Below are positions 59,482 to 64,000 of a stretch of DNA of 64,000 bases, one piece after another. A program made the position numbers and the translations under genes. Below the pieces are notes generated by a model. It ran no database searches. It was not told the DNA's origin and saw only the letters and a program-made list of their open reading frames with translations. This stretch comes from an uncultured Ignavibacteriales bacterium (lineage in GTDB: Bacteria; Zixibacteria; MSB-5A5; GN15; JAAZOE01). Numbering within the stretch: position 1 is the stretch's first letter; the number at the start of each line of letters is the position of its first letter. Location of the stretch: assembly GCA_964611355.1 (NCBI GenBank), contig CAZSYD010000003.1:16872-80871 (forward strand), read 5' to 3'.

Positions 59482-61119
59482 TTAATCAACCAATTTCGAT
59501 TCCGGGACCTCTTCCGGTTTCTTCGGCAGGAGGAACCGGTCGGGACGAGCATCTATTACCTTACGCAACCAGCTTGCGGGATATCCCATCTCTTGCGGGC
59601 GACCCTCTTCGTCCTTAACGTACCCATCGTTATATTTTACCAGAAGGTAGTTTGCCAATTCTTTCCAGCGTTTGACTACCAGCTCGGCGTGCACGACCGA
59701 ATAATCGGTCAGGTAACGGGTCAGAAGTTCGGGATCGGATTCATGCAGTTCGACGGCTGTTTTTTCGATCGCCGGTTGCAGGGCGAAAAAGGTTTCTTCG
59801 ATCTCTTTCTGCACTGTCAGGATATCCGGCGCCATGTGCGAGTATTTCAGATTGGCATAGTTGGACACGAAGTTGAATACCCACCAGACCGATTCCCACG
59901 AGAATTTTTGCAGACTGCCGATCATATACGCTTCGGGCAGTTCATTGATGCCGCAGTAAAACGGGGTGTAACAGGTCATGTAGGTATCGTCGACACCGTA
60001 CCACAGGATGCCGCCGATAGGATCGGGCAGCCAGTCGCGCGACTGGGAAACAAACGAAAAGCCGGTCTGCTGGGTCGAGATCGGCCGTTCCCAGGTGTAT
60101 TCGACCGTCGAATCGTCAAGTGTCCATTTGATCGGCCGCCATCGATTTGGCGTATTGTACGGCCCGGCGTCGATCCCTTTGGTCATGTCATACTGCGTGC
60201 CTTCGTAATGGTCGCGCATAAGGCTGAAAACGTCCGCCAGCGTCAGTTTTTTGTCAGGCTTTATCCATAACGGGTAAGGTTCGGCTCCTTCGACGGCGCG
60301 GTGATAATCGGGCGGAAAGTTATGCGACGGTGCGGCACGCCGGAAAATGCTCCAGACCCGCGTGTCGGCATATCTCTGGTTTTGCGGCGTGGCCGGGCAG
60401 TAGGCTTCGCAGAACCTGAACGGGCCGTCTTTTTTAGGATCGTAGTAGCCTTTCTTTTTGGCAAATGATACTACATTTTTTGAATAGAGGCAGTTATCGG
60501 GATCATCAAGCTGGAACTCGCCGATGCGGGCCTTGTTGGCGTGGCATGATACATATCCGTCGGGAACTTTGACCGCCACCCAGACGGCGCCCTTGCCGCC
60601 TTCGCCGGGGCCTATCATCTCCATTATCCAGGCTTCTCTTGTATCGGCGATCGAGAAAGATTCTCCCCCCGAACGGTAGCCGTATTCATCCACAAGGTCG
60701 GTCATAACTTTAATCGCTTCGCGGGCGGTTTTGGTTCTTTGCAGGGCCAGTATCATCAGGTCCCAGTAGTGCAACAGGCCTTCCTTGTTGCTCAGTTCCT
60801 CGCGGCCCCCGAAAGTCGTTTCGCCAATAACCAGTTGATGTTCGTTTATCATGTCAACGACGGCGTAAGTATGTTCGACCTGATCGATCCAGCCGCGCAC
60901 GTTGCCGTGCCAGTCTTCGATAGCCAGCGAATCGCCCGGCGGGAAGTCGGCCGCCGGAGTGTATTCCATGTGGGGATGGAACTCACCGTCGCAGGTGTAA
61001 GTTATCATCACCGAGCCGTCCGCCGAGGCCCCTTTTGTCACCAGCAGGTTGGTGCAGGCGAGGGCGGGCAAGGTGCATATCGATATCACGGCGATAATTG
61101 TTGCTATTAGCTTTAACAT
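59482..61119 (-). CDS. secreted C69-family dipeptidase
   Basis: The ATG at 61119 follows GGAGGAGG. The signal peptide ends ...LPALA, followed by CTNLLVTKGASADGS, the N-terminal nucleophile Cys context of peptidase C69. Confidence 0.85.
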   Translation of the reverse strand: MLKLIATIIAVISICTLPALACTNLLVTKGASADGSVMITYTCDGEFHPHMEYTPAADFPPGDSLAIEDWHGNVRGWIDQVEHTYAVVDMINEHQLVIGETTFGGREELSNKEGLLHYWDLMILALQRTKTAREAIKVMTDLVDEYGYRSGGESFSIADTREAWIMEMIGPGEGGKGAVWVAVKVPDGYVSCHANKARIGEFQLDDPDNCLYSKNVVSFAKKKGYYDPKKDGPFRFCEAYCPATPQNQRYADTRVWSIFRRAAPSHNFPPDYHRAVEGAEPYPLWIKPDKKLTLADVFSLMRDHYEGTQYDMTKGIDAGPYNTPNRWRPIKWTLDDSTVEYTWERPISTQQTGFSFVSQSRDWLPDPIGGILWYGVDDTYMTCYTPFYCGINELPEAYMIGSLQKFSWESVWWVFNFVSNYANLKYSHMAPDILTVQKEIEETFFALQPAIEKTAVELHESDPELLTRYLTDYSVVHAELVVKRWKELANYLLVKYNDGYVKDEEGRPQEMGYPASWLRKVIDARPDRFLLPKKPEEVPESKLVD

Positions 61120-61351
61120 TTTTTCCTCCTCCGGGATAGTGGGTATATTATTTTGATAAAAGTAGGCAATGCCGGAGTCGCTGGCAATGAGAAAAATCAC
61201 CAACCGGCTATCCGCTTTAACTGTGAGAATGCGTCTCAGAATTTTCTGCGGCGTTTTACTCGACGGTATGGAATGAAAAAAACCCCCGTGCCCGAAAAGC
61301 CGACTATGGCATGAGAGAAAATCGACGGCAAGTAAATGCCTTTCTTAACAT

Positions 61352-61398
61352 GAAAAAGGCAAAAAGGCGGGCCGAGACCATAACCTCAGCCCGCCCGA
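61352..61398 (-). terminator. intrinsic terminator downstream of the DUF2914-like gene
   Basis: Stem GGCGGGC (61366-61372) pairs with GCCCGCC (61389-61395). On the minus strand it is followed by TTTTTGCCTTTTTC. Confidence 0.6.
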
Positions 61399-61419
61399 AA
61401 AGTAAACACAACCGAAGTT

Positions 61420-61923
61420 TTACTTTTCTTCCGCTTTCTCTTCGATGGTAAACGGGATGGTCGCCATGACGGTTCCGTCGGGGCCGATTATCCTGACTTC
61501 CCATTTACCGGTCCATTCCGGCAGAATCGTCTTATAGCTCCAGGTTCGCCACGATGCGCTTTTGACCGGAAGTTCCAGGTTCAGCTTTTCCTCGCCGTTG
61601 TACGACCAGATGTGCTGAACCAAGATGCTGTCCTCGGCCCCCATAATTTTACTCCAAAGATATAGCCGCTCAACGTCGGGAGAAAAAGAATCAGCAGTGC
61701 CGACCGGCATCCGCTCTTCGATTCCGGTGCAGACTTCGGCCTCGACCGTAAGAGCTACGGCTGGCGCCTTATCGGTCTCTTCCTGGGTGGTTGTTACGGC
61801 TGTCTTTTCAATCCCTTCCTGCGCCGTTTTCTTTACCTGAGCCGTGTCGGCGCCTTCCTGGGCAAACGCCGCCGGCATGACGATAACAACCGCCGCCAAA
61901 ACTACAAACAGCTTCTTAAACAT
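61420..61923 (-). CDS. secreted DUF2914-like protein
   Basis: 167 aa with a signal peptide (VVLAAVVIVMPAAFA). CTGIEERMPVG...LYLWSKI...HIWSY...WRTWSYK...GKWEVRI matches my recollection of DUF2914. Confidence 0.6.
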   Translation of the reverse strand: MFKKLFVVLAAVVIVMPAAFAQEGADTAQVKKTAQEGIEKTAVTTTQEETDKAPAVALTVEAEVCTGIEERMPVGTADSFSPDVERLYLWSKIMGAEDSILVQHIWSYNGEEKLNLELPVKSASWRTWSYKTILPEWTGKWEVRIIGPDGTVMATIPFTIEEKAEEK

Positions 61924-62041
61924 TGACTCCCTCCTTTGGAAGCTTCGATTTGCAAACCATAAGTAGATTATCGTCAGATTAATTGACAGGCAACAAAAAT
62001 AGTTACACGGCTCGGATCGAAAAACCTCGTATCCAAATAAC

Positions 62042-62917
62042 CTAAAGGCAGTAAAGAAGAAAAGCGGCGGTTATCAGCCAGAGAAGAACCGTCAGCATAA
62101 TCGGACGGTCGGTCAAAAGCAGCCTGGTCGGCGAACCGCCCTGCTCTTCCAGATGGATTAAATATAAATAGCGGAAGATTCCGTAAATTACAAACGGAGT
62201 GGTCAAATACAGGTATTCGGTTCCCAGCTTTTCTTTGACTTCCGGCGAAATAACGTACAACAGGTAGCATACAAGCACCGCCGGAGTGACCACCCCGATT
62301 AACTGGTCGAGAAAATAACTGGAATATTTGGCCAGGATGCGGCGATGTTCCCGTCCGCTTTCTTCCAGAAGAATCAGTTCGTGACGGCGTTTGCCGAACC
62401 CGATGAACAGTGCCAGCAAAAAGGTTGAAATTAACAACCATCCGGAGAATTCCACATTGATTACAACCGCTCCGGCCAGCGCTCGCAGGACGAATCCGGC
62501 GGCGATGCACATGACGTCAATGATAACGACATGTTTCAGAAAAAACGAATAAAGCATGTTCAGGACAAAATAGGCCAGCACGGTTATAAAAAAATCCAGG
62601 CCAAGAAAATAGGAAGCAACCAGAGTGATTAGTCCAAGAATGACCGCCAGAACCACTGCCGTTGACGGAGCCACTCGGCCTGAAGCAATCGGCCTTTTGG
62701 CCTTAACCGGATGTTTCCGGTCGGCGTCGGCGTCGGCCAGGTCATTGATGATATAGACGGTTGATGACAGAAGGCAAAACAGGCCGGTCGCTGCCAGAGC
62801 GGTTAAAACCTTGTCGGCGTCGGTGGCGCTGCCGGAAAAGACCAACCCGGTCAGAACCACGCCGTTTTTAACCCATTGCCAGGGCCTGAGCAGTTGCAGG
62901 AAATTCCGAATCATCAA
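62042..62917 (-). CDS. UbiA-family prenyl-phosphate phosphoribosyltransferase-like protein (DPPR synthase-like)
   Basis: 291 aa. LLRPWQWVKNGVVL and YIINDLADADADRKHPVKAKRPIASG are the motifs I associate with decaprenyl-phosphate phosphoribosyltransferase homologues. Confidence 0.75.
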   Translation of the reverse strand: MMIRNFLQLLRPWQWVKNGVVLTGLVFSGSATDADKVLTALAATGLFCLLSSTVYIINDLADADADRKHPVKAKRPIASGRVAPSTAVVLAVILGLITLVASYFLGLDFFITVLAYFVLNMLYSFFLKHVVIIDVMCIAAGFVLRALAGAVVINVEFSGWLLISTFLLALFIGFGKRRHELILLEESGREHRRILAKYSSYFLDQLIGVVTPAVLVCYLLYVISPEVKEKLGTEYLYLTTPFVIYGIFRYLYLIHLEEQGGSPTRLLLTDRPIMLTVLLWLITAAFLLYCL

Positions 62918-63182
62918 TTATCCTTAAAAAAACAAGATAAGTAAAGGGAGCGCAATATCAACAGATAATTTCCAGGCAGCCTTCCAAAACCAGCCGTGAT
63001 ACTATTTGTTCACTCTGACTGATAAATCCGATATTTGCGAGATAAGCAAACAAAGGTCAAAACTTAACCAGTTTTGATTAAATAGACGAAAACTCGGCTG
63101 AGGGGCTTGATCTTAACTGCTGTCAGGCCGAAAACCTTAGGGTGTATAACGGCTAATTCCACCTTCAAGAAAGGAGTAAACC

Positions 63183-63614
63183 GTGGAAACTACCGCAATT
63201 CCCAGACCGGATACTCAGGTGAGGACGCCTTCCACCTGGCTGGCGCCAAGAGGGTCCCGGCTGGCGGCGGCTCTTATCGATTCGGCAATCGCTATGGTTA
63301 TTTATCTGGTGGCCATTGCAGCCAATATACCGGAAATTCTAATTGTTGGGTTGCTGGCTCTGGCCGCCTATCAGATTTATCTCCTTTCGGTCTTCGGTCA
63401 GACGATAGGGAAAAAGGCAATGAATATCAGGATTGTGACCAATGATCGAGAAGCCAACGGCGGTTTCGTCACCAACGTATTATTGCGGACGGTTCTCAAT
63501 TCGATCATAGCCATTGTCCCGTTCTACGCCCTGGTCGACATTCTTTTTATCTTCAGGAATGACCAGCGCTGCATCCATGATCTGATCGCGGGAACCAAGG
63601 TGATCAAGGCGTAA
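63183..63614 (+). CDS. RDD-family membrane protein
   Basis: 143 aa from a GTG start. RLAAALIDSAI, hydrophobic helices, GQTIGKKAMNIRIV and RCIHDLIAGTKV fit the family. Confidence 0.8.
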   Translation: METTAIPRPDTQVRTPSTWLAPRGSRLAAALIDSAIAMVIYLVAIAANIPEILIVGLLALAAYQIYLLSVFGQTIGKKAMNIRIVTNDREANGGFVTNVLLRTVLNSIIAIVPFYALVDILFIFRNDQRCIHDLIAGTKVIKA

Positions 63615-63762
63615 GATACGCCGGTCAGCGACGCTTAAGAAGCCGACAAAAAAACAGGTAAATATCGCCTTTTTAGACAATAGTATCGGCCGTCGCCATA
63701 TATTTGCGGCGGCCGGATATCAATAGAACAGGCATTTTTTTTGCCGTTGCTCTAAAATTTTC

Positions 63763-63790
63763 TTGACACCGGTCGAAACTAATGTAAATT
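63763..63790 (+). promoter_or_regulatory. candidate sigma70-type promoter
   Basis: TTGACA (63763-63768), a 16-nt spacer, then TAAATT (63785-63790), with an AT-rich tract just upstream. The organism's promoter consensus is unknown. Confidence 0.35.
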
Positions 63791-63910
63791 GTAGAAGACT
63801 TAGCGAGCGGTAGAAATACATTTTCCGCAACCGGGATGCTTTTGATGATTAAAGCCAACCATATCGGACTTCTTAACGGGTAACAACCCCAGAGGAGTAC
63901 AGCACCTAAT

Positions 63911-63994
63911 ATGACTAATCAAGTTATATTTGTAATTGTTGGTGTGATTACTCCGGGGGAGTGGTCCGGCGGTTGCGGAGGTTTCCGTACATGA
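63911..63994 (+). CDS. very small hydrophobic/Gly-rich ORF (27 aa), speculative
   Basis: My translation is MTNQVIFVIVGVITPGEWSGGCGGFRT. GAGGAG lies 13 nt upstream, which is long spacing. It sits at the window edge, so downstream context is missing. Confidence 0.2.
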   Translation: MTNQVIFVIVGVITPGEWSGGCGGFRT

Positions 63995-64000
63995 GGGCAG

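Noticed and set aside
59473-60270. A 265-aa + strand ORF.
   Set aside because: It is antisense to the C69 dipeptidase gene and has no motif or RBS. It is a shadow ORF.
61974-62510. A 178-aa minus-strand ORF overlapping the UbiA-family gene in another frame.
   Set aside because: The UbiA frame carries the family's Asp-rich motif and a continuous TM pattern. The alternate frame is Arg/Gly/Ser-rich and motif-free.
1-64000. Searched by eye for tRNA/tmRNA T-loop strings (GGTTCGAATCC-like), rRNA, CRISPR repeat-spacer periodicity, IS terminal inverted repeats, integrase, transposase or reverse-transcriptase motifs, and classic defence genes.
   Set aside because: None was found. The only repeats noted are a (GGT)5 microsatellite and terminator hairpins. 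A visual scan of 64 kb is fallible, so tRNAscan-SE, Infernal, CRISPR finders and defence-system HMM tools should confirm this.

Overview
This is a bacterial chromosomal window. By eye I found no rRNA, tRNA, CRISPR array, transposase, integrase or recognisable defence or toxin-antitoxin system. Positions 1-32953 form one co-directional (+ strand) surface-polysaccharide locus of about 33 kb. It is O-antigen/EPS-type and Wzx/Wzy-dependent, and many gene junctions overlap as ATGA. It encodes nucleotide-sugar enzymes: rfbC, rfbD, rfbA, gmd, three further SDR epimerase/dehydratases and several DegT-type PLP enzymes. It also encodes four glycosyltransferases, a Wzx flippase, an O-antigen-ligase/polymerase-like protein, a Wzz-like protein, a WbaP-type initiating phosphoglycosyltransferase and a putative Wzi-like outer-membrane protein. 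An unusual decoration block sits at about 5.3-19.5 kb. It holds two diverged FemAB-like acyltransferases, each paired with a CE4-like deacetylase-like gene. It also holds a radical SAM enzyme with a twitch/partial-SPASM Cys pattern, a short LpxD-like hexapeptide acyltransferase, a GNAT-like ORF, a divergent DegT-like gene and an AsnB-type amidotransferase. This block is my best candidate for uncharacterised chemistry, namely an aminoacylated, amidated or radically modified amino sugar. The product cannot be deduced from sequence. The second half (33-64 kb) is mostly housekeeping: fumC, uvrA, an RRM RNA-binding protein, an EamA transporter, the ffh-rpsP-KH-rimM-trmD-rplS block, a nitroreductase, a GYD protein, a DUF418 protein and a C69 dipeptidase. 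It also carries a carbamoyltransferase cassette flanked by two mini membrane proteins (one a 59-aa ORF missing from the supplied track) and an SGNH hydrolase. Other items there are an orphan cheW, an FprA/ODP-like domain with altered metal ligands, and a DPPR-synthase-like UbiA prenyltransferase. All functional calls rest on my reading of translated motifs and gene order. No database search or computation was run, and family names are recalled from memory.
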